Source: Malacoraja senta (Eukaryota). From it: a stretch of DNA of 64,000 nt. Under the pieces are notes generated by a model, which ran no database searches, was not told where the DNA came from, and saw nothing but the letters and a program-made list of their open reading frames with translations. The first letter of the stretch is position 1. Each line of letters starts with the position of its first letter. The stretch is taken from positions 70,122,001 to 70,186,000 of the forward strand of contig CM075982.1 in assembly GCA_038087875.1 (NCBI GenBank), in the 5' to 3' direction. This document shows positions 52,871 to 64,000 of the stretch, piece by piece. Both the position numbers and the translations under genes were made by a program.

Positions 52871-53303
52871 GAGGTGCAAGGGGCGGGTGGTCACCGCTGC
52901 CTCTGCAATACGGTGAAGCTATACAACACCAGCAGCAACAACAACAGAGGTGCAAGGGGCGGGTGGTCGCCGCTGCCTCGCTGCTGCTGCTGTTACACGG
53001 TGAAGCTATACAACACCAGCAGCAATAACAACAACAACAGAGGTGCAAGGTGCGGGTGGTCACCGCTGCCTCGCTGCTGCTGCTGCAATACGGTGAAGCT
53101 ATACAACACCAGCAGCAACAGCAACAACAACAACAACAGCAACAACAACAACAACAACAACAACAGAGGTGCAAGGGGAGGGTGGTCGCTGCTGCACGGT
53201 GAAGCAATACAACACCAGCAGCAATAGCAACAACAACAACAACAGCAACAACAGAGGTGCAAGGGGCGGGTGGTCGCTGCTGCACGGTGAAGCAATACAA
53301 CAC

Positions 53304-53337
<34 letters not shown>

Positions 53338-53557
53338 AACAACAACAACAGCAGCAGCAGCAACAACACCAGCAACAACAGCAGCAACAGCACCAGCAAC
53401 AACTGGAGATGCAAGGGACGGGTGGTCGCCGCGGCGTCCCTGCTGCAAGGTGAATCAATACAACACCAGCAACAACAGCAGCAGCAGCAACAACAGCAGC
53501 AACAACAACAACAGAGGTGCAAGGGCGGGTGGTCGCCGCGCCATCGCTGCACGGTGA
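52348..53557. repeat. Compound minisatellite of about 11 units (roughly 85-160 bp), each with an internal (CAA/CAG)n tract
   Basis: Repeated unit cggtgaagc(t/a)atacaacaccagc-(caa)n-gaggtgcaagggg(c/a)gggtggtc...gctgc. It explains the polyQ/N/C/L ORFs in the ORF track. Confidence 0.95.
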
Positions 53558-53558
53558 A

Positions 53559-54025
53559 TTAATTCCCGGGATGGAGGGACTGTCATATGCTGAGAGAATG
53601 GAGCAGCTGGGCTTGTACACTATGGAGTTTAGAAGGATGTGCGGGGATCTCATTGAAACATATAAGATTGTTAAGGGCTTGGACATGCTAGAGGCAGGAA
53701 ACAGGTTCCTGATGTTGGGGGAGTCCAGAACCAGGGGCCACAGTTTAAGAATAAGGAGTATCCATTTAGAACGGAGACGAGGAAACACTTTTTCTCACAG
53801 AGAGTGGTGAGTCTGTGGAATTCTCTGCCTCAGAGGGCGGCGGAGGCAGGTTCTCTGGATGCTTTCAAGAGAGAGCTAGATAGGGCTCTTAAAAATAGCA
53901 GTCAGGAGATATGGGGAGAGGGCAGGAACGGGGTACTGATTGGGGATGATCAGCCATGATCACATTGAATGGCGGTGCTGGCTCGAAGGGCCGAATGGCC
54001 TACTCCTGCACCTATTGTCTATTGT
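53559..54025 (+). mobile_element. CR1 LINE 3' fragment
   Basis: LIPGMEGLSYAERMEQLGLY...GDLIETYKIV followed by CR1 3' UTR. Confidence 0.9.
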
Positions 54026-54211
54026 GCACACTGGGTTGATTGCATGCGTTGAAACAGGGCGGACCACGTCAAGATTGCAATCTTCACCCGCAGGGAACAT
54101 TGCGCAATGGGAAAGAGTTAATTAACAATTAATTAAGAGTCTTTAGGGAAGAGACAACATTTATATTAGGACTGAAACTGATTTAGTTCAATCTGAAACC
54201 AGTGTCATGAA

Positions 54212-54875
54212 TAGACAATAGGTGCAGGAGTAGGCCATTTGGCCCTTCGATTAACAATCTTATAGGTTTCAATGAGATTCCCTCACATCCTTTTAAACTC
54301 CAGAGTGTACAAGCCCAGCTGCTCCATTCTCTCAGCATATGACAGTCCCTCCATCCCGTCAATTAACCTTGTAAACCTACGCTGCACTCCCTCAATAGCA
54401 AGAATGTCCTTCCTCAAATTAGGGGACCAAAACTGCACACAATACTCCAGGTGTGGTCTCACTAGGGCTCTGTACAACTGCAGAAGGACCTCTTTGCTCC
54501 TATATTCGATTCCTCTTGTTATAAAGGTCAACATGCTTACTATAAAGTACCTGCATGCTTACTTTCATAGACAGATGTACAAGGACCCCCAGTTCCCATT
54601 GTACTTCCCCTTTTCCCACCTTGAAGCCATTTAGATAGTAATCTGCCTTCCTGTTTTTGCTACAAAGTGGATAACCTCACATTTATCCGCATTAAACTTC
54701 ATCTGCCATGCATCTGCTCACTCCCCAACCTGTCCAAGTCACCCTGCATTATCATAGCATCCTCCTCAAAATTCACACTGCCACCCAGCTTTGTGTCATC
54801 TGCAAATTTGCTAATGTTACTTTGAATCCCTTCATCCAAATCATTGATGTATATTGTGAATAGCTGCAGTCCCAG
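54212..54875 (-). mobile_element. CR1 LINE RT fragment, antisense
   Basis: ORFs containing FADDTKLGG and LVRPHLEYCVQFWSP. Confidence 0.88.
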
Positions 54876-55765
54876 AGGCATGCAATCTAAGAGGCATTTA
54901 GATAGAACTGGCAGGGAATAGAGAGATGCAGACCATGTTATACATTAGACTGAATTGGCATTATGGTTAGCACAGGCATGATTGGCTGAAAGGCCTTTTT
55001 TTTGTGTTTTATATTATGTGATCCTTTTTATCAGAACTGGGAAAACAAGCTTTATTGGTTGGCATTGTATAGTATTGGTTTATGCATGTCACGTGTACTG
55101 AGATAGAGCAGGGCTAGAAATTAACAGTTGCCCGGGTGCCAATGGCGACCTAAAGTCCCGCCAGGCAACCTAAAACTGTGCCATTTTGCCCGGCTTGGCA
55201 AGCACCCAGGGCACCTATCGTTCAACTCTGAGCGGGCCCCCCTCTCTATCACTCTCTCTCTGTTACTCTCCGTCTCCGCCCGCCATCTGTGTCTGGGCCG
55301 CCAGACTCCGCTCTCCACTCTCTGCCCGCTCCTCATCTGCCGGCATGGCCGGCCGCCTTGCACATGCTTACTGCCACGGCCTGCACATCCTCCACTGCAC
55401 ATACTCACAACCACGGCCAACACATCATCGGCTGTGGTTGTGCGCATGTGCCACCCTGCACATGCGAACTGCCACGGCAACTGGTCGGCGCTGGGCACTT
55501 TCTCCCTCTCTTTGCATTGTGAGAGATCTGGCCGCCATTGCTGTCCGGTCGCCGCCTCGCCGCGACCGCTGAAAACCAACGCTGAATCACTTCCTGGAGC
55601 TGGAGTAACTCCCTGGAGTAACTCTTGCTTCTTGGTATCCTGGTCCTTCAAAAATATTCCAAATGGAGTTTAAACTGGAGAGGACCCTCCACCACCAAAC
55701 TCTGAAAAATAACAGCCTATTGCACTTTATCTGTTTATTTATTGTATATATATATATATGGTCTA

Positions 55766-56753
55766 CTAGACTAAGTGGGACCCGTTGGGTCCCAGCATTA
55801 CATGGGAGAGCTGGTCACCAACGCAATATTCCACCTCTCCACCAATTCCAATATTGCTCGCCAGTGTGGGGGGGGGGGGGGGGGGCTTTCTGTTGCGCTG
55901 GTATGGGTGTTGCGGGTGGAAGGTACTGGTTTCCAGATGGCTAGTATAGACATTGTGGGCCGAATGGATTCTTGGGCTGGCAGCAACGATTTAAAAAGCC
56001 AAGCCAAGGCAAATAATTTGGCTGCAGCCACTCGACAACCAAAATCCATTTTGTGAACACAAACTTTTTAAAAGGCGAGGCAAACAATTGGGCTGCAGCC
56101 ACCTGACAACCAAAATTCATTTTGTGAACACAAACTTTTTAAAAGGCGAGGCAAACAATTGGGCTGCAGCCACCTGACAACCAAAATTCATTTTGTGAAC
56201 ACAAACTTTTTAAAAAGGCGAGGCAACAATTGGGCAGCAGCCATCTGACAACCAAAATTCATTTTGTGAACACAAACTTTTTAAAAAGCGAGGCAAACAA
56301 TTGGGCAGCAGCCACCTGACAACCAAAATTCATTTTGTGAACACAAACATTTAAAAAAGGCAAGGCAAACAATTGGGCAGCAGCCACTTTACAGCCGCAT
56401 CGAGGGGACTCACCGTGGAGTAGACGTGCGTTCAGTGTTATTCGCAGCTCAGAGAGCCGTGACCCTCGCGCTTCCTGGGTCTGGCAGAGACTGAGTGAGG
56501 GACTACACTTCTGGGTTTTATAGTCCCTCCCCCCTGCCGCCAGCGGGGGCAACAGAGAGAATGGGGAATGTTTTAAAAACATTAATATCACTATGATTTT
56601 TCATCGATGGGAAAAAATCCTCCGGTCACGGAAGGCGGAGGGGGGCTCTGAGCAAGGTGGCCAATAAATGACGGCCGTAGGTGGTGGCATTCTCTCGGAA
56701 ATCGCAGCACAGTGGGCCAAAAGCGGTCAAGATCAGATTTTTAGTAATGTAGA
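55766..56753 (-). mobile_element. Non-autonomous Helitron
   Basis: Minus strand reads A|TCTACATTACTAAAA ... hairpin TGGGACCC-aac-GGGTCCCA (55776-55794) ... CTTAGTCTAG|T; no TSD. Confidence 0.88.
56005..56388. repeat. Tandem repeat of about 71 bp, roughly 5.5 copies, inside the Helitron
   Basis: Unit ggcgaggcaaacaattgggctgcagccacctgacaaccaaaattcattttgtgaacacaaactttttaaaa recurs at about 56074, 56145, 56217 and 56288. Confidence 0.93.
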
Positions 56754-57504
56754 TGTGTGTGTGTATAATATATATACCCACACACACAATTTCCCTCCTG
56801 GGATTAATAAAGTTCTTATCGTATAGTATCGTGTGTGTAGGAAGGAACTGCAGATGCTGGTTTATATTGAAGATAGACACAAAAAGCTGGAGTAACTCAA
56901 TAGGTCAGACAGGATCTCTGGACAACGGAAAATATTATGTTTTGGGTTGGGTCTGAAAAAGGTTCCTGCACACCTTTGGAATGTGGAAAGAAACAAGAGC
57001 ACCCGGAGAAAACCCATGCGATCGAAGGGAAAAGGAGCAAACTCCATACAGACAGCACCCATATATTCAGGATCAATTCCGGGTCTCTGGCACTTTTAGA
57101 CAGCAACTTTATGACCAATGTACTGCCCCATAGTCTTGAACTGAATTAAAACATACAGTAGCTGTAAAGGGGGACTTAGAGATTTAAGACTGAAAATGGA
57201 TAGTTTCTTTTTTTTTTTTTTAGTAACCAAAGTTATCAACGTATAATTTTTTGTGTGTTGGAAAATAAAATATAGTGCCATAGCTGGTGGACTTGCTGCC
57301 TTGCACGCCAGAGATCTGTGTTTGATCCTGTCCTCGGGCACTGTCTGTGTTGAATTTGCACATTCTCCCTGCAAGCATGTGGGTTTCCTCCCACATCCCA
57401 AAGACGCATTGACTTTATAGGCTAACTTGTTTCTGTAAAATTGCCCCTAATGTGTAGGGAGTGGGTGAGGAAAGTGGGATAACAGAACTTGTGTGAATGG
57501 GTAG

Positions 57505-58660
57505 ACAAAAATGCTGGAGAAACTCATCGGGTGAGGCAGCATCAATGAAGCGAACGAAATAGGCGACGTTTCGGGTCGAGATCCTTCTTCAGACTAAAGT
57601 GAGGGTGGGGAGGGCGGGAAGAAGAAATGAAGAGGTGAAGAGTGGGCTGAGGGAGAGTTGGGGAGGAGAAAGCAGGGACTACCTGATATTGGAGAAGCCA
57701 ATGTTCATACTGCTGGGGTGTAAACTGGCCAAGCGAAATATGAGGTGCTGCTCCTCCAATTTACGGTGGGCGTCACTCTGGCTATGGAGGAGGCCCAGGA
57801 CAGAAAGGTCTGATTCGGAATGGGAGGGGGAGCTGAAGTGCTGAGCCACCGGGAGATCAGGTTGGTTATTGCGAACCGAGCGGAGGTGTTGGGCGAAGCG
57901 ATTGCCAAGCCTACGCTTGGTCCCACCGATGTAGAGCAGCTGACACCTAGAGCAGCGGATGCAATAGATGAGGTTGGAGGAGGTGCAGGTGAATCTCTGC
58001 CGCACCTGGAAAGACTGCTTGGGTCCTTGAATGGAGTCAAGGGGGGAGGTAAAGCGACAAGTGTAGCATTTCCTGTAGTTGCAAGGGAAAGTGTCAGGAT
58101 AGGGGGTGGTTTGGGTGGGAAGGGACGAATTGACCCGGGAGTTACGGAGGGAGCGGTCTCTGCGGATAGCCGACAGGGGAGGAGATGGGAAGTTGTGGCC
58201 AGTGGTGGGATCCCGTTGGTGGACAAAAAAGCTGGAGAAAATCAGCAGGTGAGGCAGCATCTATGGAGCGAAGTAATAGGCGACGTTTTGGATCGAGACC
58301 ATTCTTCAGACTGATGTCGGAGGGGGGGTGGGAAAAAGAAAGGAAGAGGCGGGGACAGTATGCTGTGCGAGAGCTGGGAATGGGAGGGGAAGGAGGGAGA
58401 AAGCAAGGACTACCTGAAATTGGAGAAGCCAATGTTCATACCGCTGGGGTGTAAACTATCTAAGCAAAATATGAGGTGCTGTTCCTCCAATTTGCGGTGG
58501 GCCTCACCCTGGCCATGGAGAAGGCCCAGGACAGAAAGGTCAGATTCGGAATGGGAGGGGGAGTTGAAGTGCTGAGCCACCGGGAGATCAGGTTGGCTAT
58601 TGTGACCTGAGTGGAGGTGTTGTGCGAAGCGATCGCCAAGCCTGCGCTTTGTCTCACCGG
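57505..58660 (-). mobile_element. Penelope-like element 3' region (GIY-YIG endonuclease), partial tandem
   Basis: ORF 57679..58260 reads CNYRKCYTC...FTCTSSNLIYCIRCSRCQLLYIGGTKRRLGNRFAQHL...PVAQHF...EQHLIFRL...MN. Two tandem 3' ends are present, each with a hammerhead-like motif. Confidence 0.85.
57561..57595 (-). ncRNA. Minimal hammerhead-ribozyme-like motif (Penelope-associated)
   Basis: RNA reads AGU-CUGAAGA-A-GGAUC-UC-GACCC-GAAAC-GUC-GCCU: conserved CUGANGA and GAAA core, stem II, palindromic ACGU stem III and a GUC cleavage triplet. Stem I is weak. Confidence 0.6.
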
Positions 58661-59845
58661 GGTTGATCATATGCTGAATAATCCAACCACATTTTTGTTT
58701 GGAAGTGGAAAGAAATAATAGAAATTGCATTCATTGCAAAGTGTAAAAAGAGTTGAGATACTGCATATACTGTATTATAATTTTGCTGCATGTCATTCTT
58801 CCGAGCACATTATCGCATGCGTCATGCAAGCCGTCTTAAATGCCCCCCTCAACTGTCATTTGGCAACCTAAAAAGCTGCCTAGGTTGCCCGGCTGGCAAC
58901 AGAGAAAAAATGTTAAGTTAGAGTGAAAACTTTATTTTGAGCACTATCTAGACAAACCATACATCAGGTAGTGCAAAAGAGAATTAATTTTTTATTTTAG
59001 AGATACAGCGCGGAATCAGGCTCTTTGGCCCATCGAGTCCGCACCGACCAGCGATCCCCGCACGTTAACATTAGGGACAATTTACACCTACACCCTGCCA
59101 ACTAACCTACATACCTGTACGTCTTTGGGGTGTGGGAGGAAACCGAAGATCTCGGAGAAAACCCACGCAGTCACGGGGAGAACATACAAACTCTGTACAG
59201 ACAGCACGCGTAGTCAGGATCGAACCCTGCTGTGCCACCATGGCCGCAGTTTACAAAATAAACAGAGTGCAGCAAAGAGTGTTACAGCTACAGAGAAAGT
59301 GCAGGTTAAAGGTGTTTGGGAAGGTGAAGTTGATGTCAATGAAAGTGGGAAGAGGCAGGAATGATTAAATGACAACAATTATGATAAGCAGTTTGAAAGT
59401 TGGCAGTAAAGTCTATTGAATAACAAAAGGTGCATTTGCAAAAGGTTTGATTAGAAGACAAATTAGCTGAAATTATCAGCAGAGATAAGCATATCTGAGA
59501 TAAAATGCGTGAAATTCTTGTCTATGTGGAACCGTTGAATTAAAAGGTGAATCGAGGACCTTATTCCATGGACCGGAGGAGCAGTAATCTTATAGAGGTG
59601 TATAAAATCAGAAGAAGCATAAATGAGGGCGAGAGGAGAGTGAATCCTCAGATTGTTATTTCATGGTAATCAGGACTTGGCATCTTGTGACTGCTTTCTA
59701 CTGCTCGGCATATTGCACCTGAGGCTGCTGATGGTGTGGGAAACAGCCTTGGTTCCTTGCTGTGGGAATTGAGCTCTTGTTGTGGTGGGCAACAGGATAT
59801 TATGTTTATTCTATGTTTATTATGTGAACAGGGTCCAAGGCTGTC

Positions 59846-59993
59846 ATGTCACTGGTGGTGGTGCAAATTGGCCAGTGTGGGAACCAGATTGGGCAACAAC
59901 TATTTGATGTGGTGAGCATGGATGGCCAGAGTGGCCGGAATGAGAGTTACTGGAACAGTTCACAGGAGCGATTCTTCAGCAGCAGCAGTGATG
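59846..59993 (+). CDS. TUBD1: Tubulin delta chain, first coding exon
   Basis: MSLVVVQIGQCGNQIGQQLFDVVSMDGQSGRNESYWNSSQERFFSSSSD(G) contains the tubulin GQCGNQIG motif; donor gtgagg. An acceptor-like acag at 59828-59831 implies an upstream non-coding exon. Confidence 0.92.
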
Positions 59994-60731
59994 GTGAGGC
60001 CTCTTGTTGTCCATAGCTTCCCTTAACGTCTGTGCACAGTCATTTCAACAAGACCAGGGCAAACGTCTTTCCATTGAATCAAACCAATCGGGTACAAAGT
60101 GGGTCATTCAGATGATTTGCTTAATAACAGTCTAAAATGGATTTTGAATTAATTCCATTTCGTCGAAGTTGGTCCTCAGCCTTTTAGTTGGAACAGAACA
60201 GAAACAAACCCTTTGTCCCACTATGGACATTCTGTTCATTGCTACCTATCAACACTAATCCCATCTATCTGATTAGGCCCTTACCCTTCTATGCCTTAGT
60301 GATTTGAGGACCTATCTGAATGCTTCTTGAATATTGTTGATGTTCAAACAGCCACTGCAGATTCCAACCACTCTCCGTATGGAAAACGTTATCTGATATC
60401 CCATCTAAATCTTCCTCTTACTTTAAATCTATACCCATTTGTTTTAGATAGCTCCACCATTTTGAAAAGGTTTTTACTATCTATCCTACCTACCCCCCTC
60501 ATAATTGTATATACCTCCAGCAGTTCATCTCTCGGCCTCCTTCACCTTGGGTAAAACAAACCCAGCCTGTTAAATATTTCCTTCCTCTTTCCTGCTGTGA
60601 TCCACCATTCTTCACTGGGGTTACTAAACTAAAATAATCCTGACGCAGGCTCTGAGGCAAAGTCTCCTCTGCTATGTTTCATTACCTGCAACCTGATTTT
60701 TGTTAGAGACAAGTAGTTGTGTGATTTGCAG

Positions 60732-60882
60732 GAGTACCAGTCGCTCGGGCTGTTCTGGTCGACATGGAGCCAAAGGTCATCAGCCACACGGTGTCTAAAG
60801 CTGCAAGCTCAGGGCGCTGGAGATACGGAGCTCAGTCAGCCTTCTGTCAGAAACAAGGATCTGGAAATAATTGGGCAAATGG
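60732..60882 (+). CDS. TUBD1: Tubulin delta chain, second coding exon
   Basis: [49 protein letters not shown](G) matches delta-type [12 protein letters not shown] and [10 protein letters not shown]; ttgcag/gtaag. Confidence 0.94.
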
Positions 60883-61872
60883 GTAAGAATGAATCTAACC
60901 ATCATAAAAAACATTTGCTGCTATTCCATCTTTCCTCTTTCACAGAAATCAAACCTGCTTGCAACAATGTTTGGAAGAAGGGTCTCGACACGTAATGTCA
61001 CCCATTCCTTCTCTCCAGAGATGCTGCCTGTCCCGCTGAGTTACTCCAGCATTTTGTGTCTACCTTCAGCTTGCAACAATATTCACTGAAGTACTGTGTC
61101 TATGAATTGGGGAAAGGGGTTATGTGCCCTGACTGACGTGTCTGCCACATTATTTGAGTGGTGTGTGCATTGTTGAGCCGCAGTTCTTCCTCTTTTACTA
61201 AACGCCTGTCTCCAGTTATGTTGATATGGTTCTACTACTGATCAGAGTTCAGTAGTTCAGATCTGTAATCACGTAACTCGAGTGAGAATTAAACCAGACC
61301 AAGCTGATATAAGTGTGTAGGAAGGAACTGCAGATGCTGGTTTAAACCGAAGATAGACACAAAAAGCTGACGTAACTCAGCGGGACAGGCAGCATCTCTG
61401 GAGAGAAGGAATGGGTGACGGTTCGGGTCGAGACCCTTCTTATAAGTATTGTCTCAAAATCATTCATTTAGATATTTGAAATATTCGAATATATTTTTAA
61501 CATGCTCATTATAACTCAGTAATGAATAGAACATTATACTCAAGTTATTGGCTCAGGTCGTTATCAAAACACATGATTCTAGTTGTTATGGTGTTGCAGC
61601 TTTGGGATCTTGCTATGTTCAGTTTGAAGCTTCATATAATGCATTGTGACAATGAGGAGACTTTGGTGAAGTATCTTATTGGCATTAAAAGGCTTTTGGA
61701 TATACTGAGGATGTGAAAGATATTAATGAAATGCAAGTTATTTTTTATTTTCTATTTTCCCTCATCTCGGCCTCGGTGAAATTCTAATTTCAATGATAGA
61801 TCAAACATGATTGAATGGGAGAGTAGATTTGATGAGCCGAACTTATGAACTTCTGTGTGTTTTGATGCTCAG

Positions 61873-62089
61873 GTTCTGTGTTCATGGTCCTCGGCACGAA
61901 GAAGCTGTGATGGACCTGGTCCAACAGGAGGCTGAGAAATGTGAGCGGCTCAGTGGCTTTGTGACAATGATGAGTCTGGCTGGAGGGACCGGCTCTGGGT
62001 TGGGTACATTTGTCACTCAGTGCTTGCGGGATAGGTACCCACACTCATTGATACTGAATCAACTCACGTGGCCATATGGAACTGGAGAG
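61873..62089 (+). CDS. TUBD1: Tubulin delta chain, third coding exon; gene continues beyond the window
   Basis: [72 protein letters not shown] contains the GGTGSG signature and the delta-type WPYGTGE; ctcag/gtagg. Confidence 0.94.
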
Positions 62090-62226
62090 GTAGGCTAGAT
62101 CTCTGCGTTGTCATGAGGTTTGTAGTGTCACATTTTGTGCTCCAGTGGTTGCAGAATGATCGAACATAAATAAAATTGAGAGTAGGAAATAAATCGTCAG
62201 CTAATCAGTAATCTTTGTAAAATATA

Positions 62227-63560
62227 CAGTGCACTCCATAATGTTTGGGACAATTTATTTATTTGCCTCTGTACTCTACAATTTGGGATTTGTAATAGAA
62301 AAAATCACATGTAGTTAAAGTACACATTGTCAGATTTAATAGAGGGTATTTTTAAACATTTTGGTTTCACCATGTAGAATTTACAGCTGTGTTTATATAT
62401 AGTCCCCTCCATTTCAGGGCACCATAATGTTTGGGACACATGGCTTCACAGGTGTTTGTAATTGCTCAGGTGTGTTTATGCAGGTATACGAGAGCTCTCT
62501 CAGCCTCCTTCATGCAGGTATAAGAGAGTTCTCAGCACCTAGTCATTCCTCCCGTCTTTCCATCACCTTTGGAAACTTTTACTGCTGTTAATCAACTTGA
62601 GGATCAAAGTTGTGCCAATGGAAGTCAAAGAAGCCATTATGAGTGAGAAACAAGAATAAAACTGTTAGAGACCTCAGCCAAACTTTAGGCTTACCCAAAT
62701 CAACCATTTGGAACATCATTAAGAAGAAAGAGAGCACTGGTGAGCTTACTAATCGCAAAGGGACTGGCAGGCCAAGGAAGACCTCCACAGCTGATGACAG
62801 AAAAATTCTCTCTATAATAAAGCAAAATCCCCAAACACCTGTCCGACAGATCAGAAACACTCTTCAGGAGTCAGGTGTGGATTTGTCAATGACCACTTTC
62901 CGCAGAAGACTTCATGAACAGAAATACAGAGGCTACACTGCACGATGCAAACCACTGGTTAGCTGGAAAAATAGGATGGCCAGGTTACAGTTTGCCAAGA
63001 AGCACTTAAAAGAGAAACCACAGTTGTGGAAAAAGGTCTTGTGGACAGATGAGACCAAGATTAACTTATATCAGAGTGATGGCAAGAGCAAAGTATGGAG
63101 GAGAGAAGAAACTGCCCAAGATCCAAAGCATACCACCTCATCTGTGAAACACGGTGGTGGGGGTGTTATGGCCTGGGCATGTATGGCTGCTGAAGGTACT
63201 GGCTCACTTATCTTCATTGATGATACAACTGCTGATGGTAGTAGCATAATGAATTCTGAAGTGTATAAACACATCCTATCTGCTCAAGTTCAAACAAATG
63301 CCTCAAAACTCATTGGCCCATGGTTCATTCTACAGCAAGACAATGATCCCAAACTTACTGCTAAAGCAACAAAGGAGTTTTTCAAAGCTAAAAAATGGTA
63401 AATTCTTGAGTGGCCAAGTCAATCACCCCGATCTGAACCCAATTGAGCATGTCTTTTATATGCTGAAGAGAAAACTGTAAGGGACTAGCCACCAAAACAG
63501 GAGTACGGAGGCAAATAAATAAATGATGGGTCTTTGTCCGAAACATTATGGAGGGCACTG
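62227..63560 (+). mobile_element. Tc1/mariner transposon, IR/DR type, defective transposase (ORF 62643-63401)
   Basis: TA|CAGTG...CACTG|TA; HTH region GRPRKTS; catalytic WTDETK, QQDNDPK and frameshifted DLNPIE; 3' internal deletion. Confidence 0.95.
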
Positions 63561-64000
63561 TACAATACAATACAATACCATTTATTGTCATTTGAACCTC
63601 AAATGAAGTTCAAACGAAATTTGGTTTCTGCAGTCATACAAACAAGTAAAAAGAACCAAGACACAACACAATTTACACAAACATCCATCACAGCGAATCT
63701 CCTCCTCGCTGTGATGGAAGGCAAAGTCTTATCTCTCCCCTGCACTCCCCATTCTCCTCCCGATGTCAGATTCAGAGCCCCCGGCGGGCGATGGAAAATA
63801 AGTCCCACGGCCATTAAAGCCGCACCGGGCGATGCAAGGCCGCCCTCCGGGTCTGGATGTTGGAGCCACCGGTAGCGCTAGCAAGTCCCGTGGCCATTAA
63901 AGCCGCGCCGGGCGATGTTAGACCCAGCTCCAGGTCATCTTCAACCCCGCAACTCGGGCGGGAGAAGTTGCCGTTGCGGGAGCCCCGAAAAGCAGTCTCC
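63561..64000 (-). mobile_element. Second copy of the (ATTGT)n-tailed retroelement, partial
   Basis: Reverse complement of about 22160-22600, with the tail abutting the Tc1 right end. Confidence 0.75.

Larger units (their letters stand above)
55109..58917 (-). mobile_element. Composite non-autonomous DNA transposon, copy 2, inverted relative to copy 1
   Basis: Collinear reverse complement of 20319-23866, including internal junctions; flanked by ATAGAG and TTAGAG. Confidence 0.75.

Noticed and set aside
52348-53557. Repeat-and-spacer pattern resembling a CRISPR array; polyQ, polyN and polyC ORFs
   Set aside because: The spacers are just CAA/CAG microsatellites, the context is eukaryotic and there are no cas genes. 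The ORFs are by-products of stop-poor repeats in several frames.
56005-56388. 71-bp repeats as a CRISPR or iteron array
   Set aside because: The units are head-to-tail with no unique spacers and lie inside a Helitron.
59846-62089. Zeta, epsilon or alpha/beta tubulin identity
   Set aside because: [24 protein letters not shown] and WPYGTGE match recalled delta-tubulin closely.

Overview
This is vertebrate genomic DNA. Its repeat content (HE1-like tRNA SINEs, CR1 LINEs, Penelope-like elements) points to a cartilaginous fish, probably a skate or ray. Most of the window is a complete 19-exon TRPC4AP gene on the minus strand (CDS 52184 down to 4259, about 776 aa, all introns GT-AG with consistent phases). 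It lies head-to-head with the first three coding exons of delta-tubulin (TUBD1, plus strand, from 59846). Between them are a CpG island and a compound CAA/CAG minisatellite. The introns are full of mobile DNA: Tc1 copies and a MITE, a Harbinger-type MITE, CAG-ended DNA transposons with 6-bp target duplications, CR1 and non-CR1 LINEs, Penelope fragments with minimal hammerhead-ribozyme motifs, and two non-autonomous Helitrons. The most notable observation is the Helitron in TRPC4AP intron 1. It carries a captured HTRA2-like exon end (KYNFIADVVEK motif plus splice donor) in the same orientation as TRPC4AP, and its ATG-to-donor length is in frame with TRPC4AP exon 2. All homology calls come from recalled protein sequences and manual translation, not from database searches.
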